From: Macrostomum lignano
Taxonomy: Eukaryota
Direction: 5' to 3'
Length of the DNA: 29,762 nucleotides
NCBI GenBank assembly: GCA_002269645.1
Contig: NIVC01004092.1
Span: 1-29,762, forward strand
In this document: positions 1 through 22,200 of the stretch, piece by piece
How positions within the stretch are numbered: position 1 is the stretch's first letter
Layout: each line of letters opens with the position of its first letter
Program-made: the position numbers and the translations under genes
Notes under the pieces: model-generated
What the model saw: only the letters and a program-made list of their open reading frames with translations
What the model was told of the DNA's origin: nothing
Databases searched by the model: none

Positions 1-3000
1 TTATATGCCAAAAAATGAGTGTCTTAAACATATATACTGTTATTCTCTAGATAAGCACTTTTTATTAAAACAATGTTAAAATTTGGAACCAAAAAAGCAA
101 GAAAAATATATTTAAGCTGTCAAGGCTGACCACAGTTGCTTAAAGTTTAAGTTTAGTAGCTGAGAGACATAGACATTATTTTTTGTTTTATTATTATATA
201 AATTGTACAATAAAAAATCTGGGGTGGGAAAAGTTCTAACATTCAAAGGTTTATCACGCTGTATTAATTATATTACATTAAATTCAAATGAATTATTTTC
301 TTTATTTGTAAACTCGAGGAGTTGTAATTTATAATGGTCAAGTTCATACTGTGCAACTGCTGGCCAACCTGGCTGATCAGGCCACCATAAATTGTGGTGG
401 ACCAGGAGTAAGTTGCAAAAATGCCTATCCAAAGAATACAGACGTAGTGCTAATTAGATATTGAGGCATTTAGCCCTTATAAGAGAGTCAAAGTTACTCC
501 TGCTGTTTACCCAAAATTGTGTTATGTTGCTCTAGGGTTTTCTTTCATAGGTAAGTTGCATTTTTGGTCAAAAAGTAAGTTGCATGGCCAGTGTAAATCA
601 GGGGGTTGCACATGTATGGTCAAGTTAGGATAGTGAAACCTAGTTATATCATTGATGCAAATGCCAAAATTGGGTACAAGGTATGCCCATAGTCAGGAAG
701 GTGGCTTTTTTTCTCAAAAATTCCAGCGTGCATTGGCATAGTCAAAGATATTTGGCGTACATTTGGCATACATGGCATACCACGGTTTAGAAAAAGTATC
801 CCATGGCATGCAATGGCGTGCACGACACACAATTATATGCCACGCCACGGCGCGGTATTGTGGGTGGGGCCCTGCCCTGCCCACCCACAATATCCCAAAT
901 CCTGATGCATAAAATTTATTTTTAAAAAACTGTTTTTTTAAAACTGAAAAGGAAAAGAAAAAATGTTTTTTCTGGTGCTAATTTTCTTTTGTTAAAGTCA
1001 TTGAAATTTCAAGACAAAAGAAAACTTTGTTAAAGTTTGACTTTTATATTATTTTAAACTTCCATTATTATTTAAAAGATTATTATCGAAACTTCTGTTC
1101 ATATGCACTACTACCCCCTACCCCCCCAGTCTGTCGGCATACCACTTACCTACTGGATTCTGATCTCAGCATACACGGCGTACCACTTTTTTACCAACTT
1201 TTTATTCCGGCGTACCCGTGCCTATGGGCCATACATTACTAGGCGATGATATTTAGTGCAACCAAAAATAATATAACAGTCTTTAACTTTGTTTTGCATT
1301 GTTAAAACTTCATTCAAAATTTGTTAAATTTGAAAAATAATTAAATGTACAAAAGTAGAGGATTGCCTAGACACCTTCCTGATAGTGGCAAATTTATAAC
1401 AATGTTTAGTTTAGGCCTATATAATGATTATATTAAATTCAAAAAAGTATTTTATAGCAATAATAAATCTATAAATATAAACATATAAATATATAAATAT
1501 CTATAAATATACTAGACATATATGCATTTTACATTATTATGAGAATCATGAGATCATATTATATAATTTATAGGCTTATTAGGCCTAAAAATAGGCCCCA
1601 TATCAATGGCTATCATCATGGCATGTTTTAACTTTTAAGCAATCAAATAGTTCAAATTCATTTCTATAGTCATTAGGAATTATATAGGACTCCTAGCATC
1701 ATTAGAAGTGTCTCATGTATTTTAGCGATTGGTATTAAGTTTTAAAGGTAAAACCCTGGCGAAACCGAAGCCGAAGTTATGCCTGATTTCAAAATCAATA
1801 GAATCTAGTAGAAGTAGGTGATCCAACTTTTTCTACTTAGCATACTGACATTATGAATTAAATATATAATTTACTGGGCTTTGCAACAGTCAAGAAAATG
1901 CATATATGCATATATGTAAATTAAAACTGACATATACCCTCACGGTTTGGGTTTGGTTTGGTAACGATTTGTAACGCATTCGATTTCTTCGATGTTATGC
2001 AATCTGAAAGGGTGCGCTTATTGGTTTAGATTAAAACAAGCTATTAATTTGAAGGTAAAAAATATACAACTTAATTTTACAAATAGACTTAAGAAGGTTA
2101 AATATTTTTATATTATTTATCTTGCAAATTTTGATAGCTAACACACTACGTTCGTATACCCATTACACTCATGTAAAGCACGGTGCAATCCGTGTTATTG
2201 TGATATACGCGATGCTACAGAATATAAAGTAGTATTTCAATATTTCTTTGGTTAGGGTAGAATTTTTATAGTTTATTGACTGTGTATCAAAATTTGTAAC
2301 AGAATGACGAAATGATTGAATAAAACCAAATGAATGATTCGAGCTGTGCCTTTTTAGAGTTTTACTAGGACTTGTACGATTGTACCAATGATTATAAAAT
2401 TACCAAATTATCTTAACTTTATAAACAGAAAAGCGCTATGAATAAGAGCTACATGTATAGAAGAAGGCAAGACATATCTAGAAGATGAACATTGGGTCTG
2501 CAGCTCCCACCAAAACATGATAACAATTTTGAACTAAAAATGAAAACTCCCTATCTCCGTAAGTATTTTTGATAAAGCCTACCACCTAAAATTTCATAGA
2601 AACATAGTTTCCCGTCAATAGCTTCCCCTGATTCTTTCCTATCCTCTGATCCCTTCCCATCCTTCAGATTTCTCTCACTATATAGGATCCCTCTTCTGGT
2701 ACGCTCGTAGTTGCGTCTTAGACTTTGCTCACATATATATATACATGTGCATGATAACATGAGCAAAGTACATGTAAAGTTGACAATGATACTACATGTA
2801 CATGTACTAGACATGCAGTAACACCTGCACTCCAAGAGCTACTATAGACATGCAGCTAAGGATATTAAAACCACATTTCAAACTGCACATCATTATTCAT
2901 TCAAGTAGTTCCATTTTGCACTGCAATCGTTATTAATTCATTTCAAATTTGAATGATTTCGAGAGAACAGAAAAATTGCCAATCTTTATTGTCAACCGCA

Positions 3001-3745
3001 GCTAATGTACCGCGAGCTGTTTTATCAAGCAGCTGTGCTTTGATTGATGAAAATGCCAACTGAAGACGGCATTTGAAGTTATTACATTTTAATTAAATTC
3101 TGTATTCGAATCTTACAGAAGAGAATGCATGGGTGAATGCATGAATGCATGAACTAGCTGCATGGGTGACTTTTTACATGTACATGTAGAGAAAAGATTT
3201 GAAGTTATTTATGCTTGTAGATGCTTATATAGCTAGTTATATATAGGTTCGACCAGTGCTGCATGACCACACATGCAGGCTTGAAATAAGCTCTGAGATT
3301 GAGAGGCAATTAAGCTCGAGTGGCGCGCGCGCGCTCACATGTGATGGAAAGAAGAGATGTGAGTCATCCTGGTTCTTCGGAAAGTTGAGCAAGAATTAAG
3401 GGATCTGTACGTGCGTCACCTCTGCATTGCTCTGATTTACAGCTGCGCATGACTGGAGTGTACAGCTGCTCCATTTCAGCCTTAATTTAGCATGAAAAGG
3501 GGCTATAATATATTGCCTATGACGCGCGCTTGAGAAGTTTTTTTGGCTTGATCAATTAGCTAATATATTAATTGGGGCAAGAAGGCTGAATGGACACTAG
3601 CGGGCACGCTTTGATCAATTCGGAGCTATATAAATGGGTAAAGGCGATTAGGGATATTCGGATATCTGGATAGCTAGGAGGATCATCATAACTACAGGTA
3701 AAGTCGAATTAGAAAAGTCAGTTCGGGAAAATATAGAGAAAAATG

Positions 3746-3800
3746 GAGTGACTGAGTGACGGAGTACGTGAGTGAGTGAGTGAGTGACTGCGTGAGTTAA
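3746..3800. repeat. Degenerate (GAGT)n microsatellite
   Basis: gagtgactgagtgacggagtacgtgagtgagtgagtgagtgact; it explains the low-complexity ORF 3648..3839. Confidence 0.6.
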
Positions 3801-4365
3801 TGAGCGTGTTAACGAGTTCATAAATGCAGAATGAGTCACTTGAGTCAGTCAGCTGTCAATTCATGAGTAAATTCAAGCCAGATCTCATGAGTCATAGTTG
3901 ATGAGGCCGATTCATGATGCGGCGTTTTCTCCTGAGATCAGACATGGCTAAACCGCTCGTATAAATAATTTTACCAAGCATCCTTCAGTATTTATTATTC
4001 GACCAACGAACGTACACAACTAACAATATAATCTCATAATCCTTCTTGGGTGTACAGGCACGCATCAAACGGTTGAGTATACTATATACTAGCCCAGAAG
4101 GCACGATCCGAAATGCCACTCATGTGGAGGAGAGATATGATGGTGCAGGTTCCGGGGCTGCAGCATCTCTGCTGTTGGCTTGATTAAGTTACACTTCACT
4201 GTGGAAACTCCTGCGTACAAAAATAGCTCTGAATTCGTCAGATAATGAATCCAAATGACATTTTGATAGATGCAAGCATGAATTAATGTTGCACTGGCGA
4301 AAGTTGTAAATGGCTTGAAACCCATCCTATCCCATCTCATCTCTATCATCTCCATGAGGTGGAAG

Positions 4366-4807
4366 GCGCCAGCACCAGAGGCGCCAGCACCAGAGGCGCC
4401 AGCACCAGAGGCGCCAGCACCAGAGGCGCCAGCACCAGAGGCGCCAGCACCAGAGGCGCCAGCACCAGAGGCGCCAGCACCAGAGGCGCCAGCACCAGAG
4501 GCGCCAGCACCAGAGGCGCCAGCACCAGAGGCGCCAGCACCAGAGGCGCCAGCACCAGAGGCGCCAGCACCAGAGGCGCCAGCACCAGAGGCGCCAGCAC
4601 CAGAGGCGCCAGCACCAGAGGCGCCAGCACCAGAGGCGCCAGCACCAGAGGCGCCAGCACCAGAGGCGCCAGCACCAGAGGCGCCAGCACCAGAGGCGCC
4701 AGCACCAGAGGCGCCAGCACCAGAGGCGCCAGCACCAGAGGCGCCAGCACCAGAGGCGCCAGCACCAGAGGCGCCAGCACCAGAGGCGCCAGCACCAGAG
4801 GCGCCAG
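4366..4807. repeat. Perfect 15-bp tandem array (GCGCCAGCACCAGAG)x29.5
   Basis: 29 identical units at 4366-4800 plus a partial gcgccag. The unit has no stop codon in any frame, which explains the five overlapping ORFs listed in the track. Confidence 0.98.
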
Positions 4808-5456
4808 AAGTCGGAGTTCTCAAGAAAATTTTTACAACCAGAAAGTCTTGCATGTAGTTCTGATTTAAAGGGGTAAATAACATTCAATAATTGTGTAGCT
4901 AACAACTTTCCATCAGTACAGAACAATATCCATTATTATATTTTTTACATCGCTACTATGTAAGGTAGCAATTTCTAAACGAAGTGCCTCGCTTTGCTTT
5001 TACATGTACATTCCTGCATTAGAAGTCCCTGAGACTCCCTGGGAGAATTTCTACAGTATGCCAGTAGCTATAGTAGCAGTTAATAGCGCTTAGCAAAAGC
5101 AGCACACATGCACACAATGGCATGTTGATAAAGGTACAACAATAAAATCGCTTAACAAGAGCAACAGTGACGGCAAAACAGAGAGAGGAAAGACAGACAG
5201 AGAGAGAGAGGGACGAATGGAAAGCAGCTCAAACCAAGGAGATCTTAAATAAATAGAAGTCTGGATTGTCAACGCAAAAGGTTTACTAGCTCAATATTAT
5301 TGGATTTGATTCAGCCTAGCTTTTATTAACTTTGAATTCCACTGACTCTTTTTATGCTGAGTAAACTCACCATGGACTCATTGGATAAATTTGTGATTGG
5401 TAGTCTTGATATCAAAATAAAACTAAAAGTCTAAAAATTTTGATACTTTCACCCAT

Positions 5457-6420
5457 TCACCGATTTCTCACTGATTCACTGAGTTCTCACTGATTCACTG
5501 AGTTCTCACTGATTCACTGAGTTCTCACCGATTCACTGAGTTCTCACTGATTCACTGAGTTCTCACTGATTCACTGAGTTCTCACTGATTCACTGAGTTC
5601 TCACCGATTCACTGGTTGATCACTGATTCACTGATTTCTCACCGATTCACTGATTTCTGACTGATTCACTGAAATCTCACTGATGCACTGATTTCTCACT
5701 GATTTCTCACCGATTCACTTTGATCATAGATTCACTGGTTTCTCACCGATTCACTGAGTTCTCATCGATTCACTGATTTCTCACTGATTTCTCACTGATT
5801 TCTCACCGATTCACTTTGATCATAGATTCACTGGTTTCTCACCGATTCACTGAGTTCTCATCGATTCACTGATTTCTCACTGATTTCTCACTGATTTCTC
5901 ACCGATTCACTTTGATCATAGATTCACTGGTTTCTCACCGATTCACTGAGTTCTCATCGATTCACTGATTTCTCACTGATTTCTCACTGATTTCTCACCG
6001 ATTCACTGATTTCTCACTGATTTCTCACTGATTTCTCACCGATTCACTGATTTCTCACTGATTTCTCACTGATTTCTCACTGATTTCTCACTGATTTCTC
6101 ACTGATTTCTCACCGATTCACTGAGTTCTCACCGATTCACTGAGTTCTCACTGACTCACTGAGTTCTCACCGATTCACTGAGTTCTCACCGTTTCACTGA
6201 GTTCTCACCGATTCACTGAGTTCTCACCGATTCACTGAGTTCTCACCGATTCACTGAGTTCTCACCGATTCACTGAGTTCTCACCGATTCACTGAGTTCT
6301 CACCGATTCACTGGTTTCTCGCCGATTCACTGGTTGATCACTGATTTACTGAGTTGTCACAGATTCACCGATTTCTCATTGATTCACAGATTTCTCATTG
6401 ATTCACTGATTTCTCATTTA
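5457..6420. repeat. Minisatellite of 19-bp (TTCTCACCGATTCACTGAG) and 11-bp (TTTCTCACTGA) units, with an internal 96-bp higher-order repeat
   Basis: Units are visible directly. The marker tttgatcatag recurs at 5719, 5815 and 5911. Confidence 0.95.
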
Positions 6421-6742
6421 TTCACCAACTGCTCACCCTATACTTACATGTAATACTATTTTTCCAATAAACAACCAAAAAACATTTCAACCAATCTCAC
6501 AATTCACCAAGTATGTCCCAATTGACCAACTATACAATTAACAATGGTTTTTCTGTACGAACAAACAAAATTTTGTGTCGGGGGGGCTTTTGCTGGGTGT
6601 GGGGAATTAAAAGACAGACCTGCTATAACTAGACATTTATAAAAAGGTTGGCCTTGGCCATACCAATGAATGATTGGTACTCGTATTGGTAGCGACCGCT
6701 CGCTGTATAAAAATAATCGATATTTATAATTTCTATACGTAG

Positions 6743-16748
<10,006 letters not shown>

Positions 16749-16860
16749 TTGGATCGTAGCTGAAGACTCTTGGTAATGTTTGTGATCAAAAAGTAAAGGA
16801 ACAAAAATATTGTTTGTCAGAATGAGTCTGCAGTTCGATTTTTAGTCTTCGTTGCAAAGT

Positions 16861-16866
16861 AATAAA
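16861..16866 (+). terminator. Candidate polyadenylation signal of the NPLTG-repeat gene
   Basis: First AATAAA after the stop at 16748; another lies near 17127. Confidence 0.3.
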
Positions 16867-18632
16867 TTCTTCTAACCGCTTCGCCTATGTTATATATAGC
16901 TACACTTAAATTTTCGAACATGAAAGCTTTTATCTGCAAAGTTCCATTACAAAGGACAGAGGGGCATCCACTGCTACGGTAATACGCCTGTTTACACCGC
17001 AAACAGCAATTCCATTTAAGTTGAGCCTAGTTGACAAAAGTTTAATCCTCTTTCCTCAAATCAAATCACACAGATCCGTTATCATGATCTTTTTTGTAAA
17101 CTAGACCGTACTGTATAAAAGTAACAATAAATATCATTAATTTCTCCGGTGTTGGTAAACCTTCCGCTTTATAGGCATAAACGAAAACAAAATACTTCAC
17201 CTATTAGATAATTGTCTAGACAGTATATCAGCTTTTATTGGCGTCGTGCTTTTGAGCAGCTTTATTTGTTTTTAACTCGCTCACATTTCATACTTCAGCT
17301 TCCAGTTTAATTTGTTTTATTTAGTGTTTTTTTGTTATAAACGGTTCGAATTATCGGCGTTTCGATTTTTAAAGCTTTTCTAATTTTAACTTTTTCTGCT
17401 GATTTGCTTTTGGCAATAGCTAATATACATTTTTAAATGCAATTTTTATTTGAATTCTATTCAAGGCTGGTTGTTCACTACCTACTGAATCACTGCATAA
17501 GTATAAATAATTCTGCTTCCTATTCCTTCCAAACAAACAAAATATATAAATTTATTGTTTGTTTGTTTGTTTGTTTGTTTGTTAAAACAAAACAAATTGT
17601 TTGTTAAATTATATCTGCTGAACAATTAGTAAACTTTTATGATATTTTTAAATGCTGCTATTTATTTGCTAATTTTTATAGTGTTGTAGGCTGTACTACT
17701 GTAACGTATTTCTTAGCCAGTTTTTGATTAAATTTTCTCTAAGCGCTGCGCTGTAGCTTTAATTAACCGCCTTTTTTGTTTCAAACTTTTCACTCGATGT
17801 TAAAGTTTATTATGGCGAACATTCTATTAATACGCTTTGCTGTTCAAACTTTAATAAATTGGCGTGAAAAAAACAAAATTATATATTTTATTAAATATCG
17901 CTTCTGGGTTTCCAAAATTTACAACTTAGTTTTAAAAGCAAAAACAAACAAACAAAGGAGCTTCGTTCTACATTACTGAAAGTAGATAAGCGCATGCAAA
18001 TTATGCTGCTCACCCTTTTAGGACATTAGGACAGACGCTCTCTTAATATTTAATGTTGCGAAAAAAAACAAAAATAGCTATTTATAGCTATAAATCGAGC
18101 TTAAATGAGCGGAAAACGTGCTCTCGGCTGAATGTCCGTCGGTACAGTTATAATAAATTCAACTATTGAATTTATTAATTAGTTTATTAATAATTTATTA
18201 ATTACTAGTAGTAAATGCTACTTGCTGGAAATTGGCATTCGAATTCTATGATTCCAAAATCCGATTTGAGAACAATAATCAGAACTGAAGCAGTCTATAG
18301 CTAATATCTGAATCTATAACAGTCTACATGTACGCTCGCAGATTGAGTGTAGTTAACATGTAGAATAGTAAGAATTACCACATAGAAATAATAAATTTCG
18401 AAGATCTACATGTACTGTAACTGCAAAAATTAAAAAAGTAGATGTACTTTAGTTAACAAAAGATTATAACAATAATATCTTTATTGTTAACGTTAAAAAT
18501 ATCGTCGAAACAAACATATCGATCACTTTCATAAGCTTCACATCTCGTCAAAATCGTCGAAGTCGTTTGAGTTGTGAGATACTGGACAAGTAAGACACTA
18601 GATCTTTGACAATGTGAAACTTCGCACTTGGC

Positions 18633-18910
18633 GCCCCTTGGTGCTATAAAGCCCCTTGGTGCTAAAGCCCCTTGGTGCTAAAAAGCCCCTTGGTGCTAAA
18701 GCCCCTTGGTGCTAAAGCCCCTTGGTGCTAAAGCCCCTTGGTGCTAAAGCCCCTTGGTGCTAAAGCCCCTTGGTGCTAAAGCCCCTTGGTGCTAAAGCCC
18801 CTTGGTGCTAAAGCCCCTTGGTGCTAAAGCCCCTTGGTGCTAAAGCCCCTTGGTGCTAAAGCCCCTTGGTGCTAAAGCCCCTTGGTGCTAAAGCCCATTG
18901 GTGCTAAAGC
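18633..18910. repeat. 16-bp tandem array (CTAAAGCCCCTTGGTG)x~17
   Basis: Direct reading of the sequence. Confidence 0.96.
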
Positions 18911-18962
18911 AATAAAGAAACTTGGCAACGCCCCTGAACAAATCTGTCAGTTATATAGATTA

Positions 18963-19288
18963 CAAAATAAATTAAGACTGCAAAATAAATTAAGACTGCA
19001 AAATAAATTAAGACTGCAAAATAAATTAAGACTGCAAAATAAATTAAGACTGCAAAATAAATTAAGACTGCAAAATAAATTAAGACTGCAAAATAAATTA
19101 AGACTGCAAAATAAATTAAGACTGCAAAATAAATTAAGACTGCAAAATAAATTAAGACTGCAAAATAAATTAAGACTGCAAAATAAATTAAGACTGCAAA
19201 ATAAATTAAGACTGCAAAATAAATTAAGACTGCAAAATAAATTAAGGTCTTAATCTTAATTGATTTTGCAGTCTTAATTTATTTTGCA
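18963..19288. repeat. 18-bp tandem array (CAAAATAAATTAAGACTG)x~16, followed by an inverted copy of about 2 units
   Basis: Forward array at 18963-19246. The segment 19255-19288 is the reverse complement of 19213-19246 with 1 mismatch. Confidence 0.95.
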
Positions 19289-22200
19289 CCACGGTGCAGA
19301 TAAATGCCGCTACCTCCTCGTGGTGAGAGTGGAGAGCCGCGCTTAACTGCTGCGGCGGCCAAATGCGGCAGGACCAAGCGAGGGCAGCGGAGCGCGCGTC
19401 GGCGAGTTGAACGCCGTCGCGAGCGAAACTGGCGAGGTCGGCAACGTGGCGCCGCCCGCCGAGCTGCTGCTGCGCTGGCCCAATTGGATCTTCCGGGTGG
19501 CGCCGGGGACCATGAGGCTCACCAGCATCGAGCCCCAGCCGTACCAGAGGCACGCTTCGGGTCGGGACGCTGAACTGCCGCACTCTCAAGGCCACATGGC
19601 GGAGAGGGCTGCTGGCGAGGCTAGCGCTCGACCTCAGCTGTGATGTCATCGCACTACAGGAGGTGTCTATCAGAGCCGACCCCGGACTTCACTGTGAGGA
19701 CCTGGGCGCCGGTTGGACACTCTGGTACACCTCAGCGGATGAGCGAGGCCGTGGAGGAGTTGGAGCGCTGATCGGACCGAGGCTGCAGCAGAGCTGTCGC
19801 TGCATCTCCCTGTCTTCTCGGCTGCTTCGGGTCGACGTCCGGCTTCGCGGCCGGAACACCCGCCTGTTCTGCGCGTATGCGCCGCCTGCTACCCGCTCCG
19901 ATGAGGCTCAGGCCTTCTTCGAGCAACTCTCGGTGCGGGTGGAGGAGATGGCGCAACGTGACACAGTGGTCATTCTCGGAGACCTGAACGCAGTTCTGCG
20001 TAGGTCCGAGCGATCGCTGTTTGTGACAGCGCGCGAGAACGGCAACACCGGAGCGCTAGAGGACTTCCTGGAGAGACAGGACATGGTGTCGGCCAACACC
20101 AGATTCCGCAAGTCACCGGGCAGGCTCGCGACCTTCGTGGGCTGCAAGCGGAGGCGGCGGAACGCGCGCGGCCGGAACGCTACGCGGAGGCTGGCACAGC
20201 TCGACCACGTGCTTGTGCGCTTTCGTGAGCGCCGCCGCGTCACCAACTGCCACACCATTACGCCGCTGGCTCTGCGGTCCGACCATCGGCTGCTCATCTG
20301 CGACCTTCGGCTTCGGGACCCGCTCTACCGTCCGCCAAAGCGGCCACCGCGGCGCTACTACCGCGCGCTCAGGGACGCCGAGACGCGACGTCGCTTTGCC
20401 GGTGCCTTTGTCACTGCGCTGGGCGACAAGCGTGGAGGAGCCGAGTACGCGGAGGTGAGCGCTGCAGTTCGAGCCGCTGCGGAGCAAGCAGTCCCGCTGA
20501 TGCGACCGGCCCAGCGCGGGCAGCCGGTCTGGCAGGACGACCCCGCGATCGACGAAGCGAGGGAAGATCTGGAGAGGCTCCGACTGAGTGGGCGGCCAAC
20601 TCGCGAGGCGGAGGAGGCTCTGGCGGCTGTCTACCTGCAGCGGCAGCAGTCCGCTGTCGATGACGCCATCCAAGCCGTCTCTGCCGCAGGGCCCGATGCC
20701 AGAGGGCGCTTGGCCTGGTCCGCCATCAACACTCTGACGGGGCGAAAGCGGCGCATCGCGCTCAACCTGGCAGGCGACACTCCGGATGAGCGCAGGAACG
20801 AGCTGCGCGAGTTCTTCGCCGCCATTGTCAACGCGCCGCCCCCTCCGCTTCCAGAAAATCTGAGGCTGCCGCCGGAGACGCCGTTGCCGGCGGAGGAGAG
20901 CTTCAATGTTGCCCCAGTCAGCACAGCCGACGTTGTGAAGTTCGCTCGGCAGTCGCCGGGCGGCAAAGCGCTTGGTCCGGACGAGGTGCCCACCGAGGCG
21001 CTGCGGATCCACTGCGTGGCCACTGAGGTCGCCAGAGTGATGAACCGCGTGCTTTTCGGTGAGGTGGCGCCAAACGAATGGACCACGGCGCACATCGTCG
21101 CCATTCCAAAGAAGCCGGGCACCACCAAGCTCGAGGAGCATCGAGGCATCTGCCTACAGTCCTGCGCCGCGAAGCTGTTCAACCGCATGCTGCTATCGCG
21201 GTTACAGCCTGTGCTGGACCCGTACCTGCGACCTGAGCAGAACGGATTCCGGCCCCATCGCGGCACAGTGACGCAGATCCTGGCTCTTCGACGAGTCATC
21301 GAGGAGGCGCGCATCCGCCAGTTGACCCTGATCCTGATCTTCGTCGATTTCAGGAAGGCTTTCGACTCGGTCGTGAGGGACGCGCTCCCAGAGGTGCTCC
21401 GTGCGTACAACGTGCCAGAGCTGCTGATTTCTGCTGTCATGGCGCTGTACCACGGCACGACGGCTGCTGTCTCAACACCGGACGGCCTATCGGATTTCTT
21501 CGAGACATCCTCCGGGGTGCTCCAGGGAGATACGCTAGCGCCGTTCCTATTTATTCTGGTGCTTGACTGGGTGCTACGGACTGCTCTGCCTTCCAACGAC
21601 GACGGCTTCCTGCTGCGGCGACGCGTGGGTCGACGCCAACCGGAGAGACGGCTCAGCGTGCTTGGCTACGCCGATGACCTCGCCCTGCTGTCCTCGACCG
21701 TCGAGGGCGCCCAACGACAGCTGGATAGGCTGGTTGCCGTTGCGGCGAGCGTCGGCCTGGTGGTCAACACGCAGAAGACCGTCGTGCTATGCGTGCCGGA
21801 CGACACCGAGGCTGCAATCTTCTGCCGAGGCGCTGACGGACAGGCGAGTGAGCTTCCAAGATGTCAGCAGTTCGTCTACCTCGGCGGTCTGGTTCCCGAC
21901 GTCCGCGAGGATCTGCGGCGTCGCCGAGGACTTGCTTGGGCTGCCTTTCGTTCTATAAGGTCAGTCCTGCAGTCCGAGGCCCTACCGGACCGCCAGAGGG
22001 CGGCGCTGTTCCAGGCGGTGATCGAGACCGTCCTGTTATACAACGCCGAGACCTGGACGCTGACAGACTCGCTCGAGGCTCAAGTCGACGCGGCGCACGC
22101 TGGCCTGCTGCGCGCCGCCTTCAAGATCGGCAACGAGCGAGTCACCAACACGGCGCTCTATCATCGCGCCGGCCTGGCCCGTCCTAGCGATCTGCTGCGC

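Noticed and set aside
2551-2835. 94-aa minus-strand ORF
   Set aside because: The N-terminal half comes from acatgt-rich low-complexity DNA. There is no recognisable domain or convincing splice context.
4089-4926. ORFs encoding (GASGA)n, (APAPE)n, (WCWRL)n, (LAPLV)n and (GASTR)n
   Set aside because: All arise from one stop-free 15-bp unit with no synonymous variation. None is supportable as a standalone gene; a possible exon link is given under findings.
5140-5280. Charged stretch AKQREERQTERERDEWKAAQTKEILNK as an exon
   Set aside because: It is bounded by stops with no donor before the stop, and is largely explained by a GA-rich tract.
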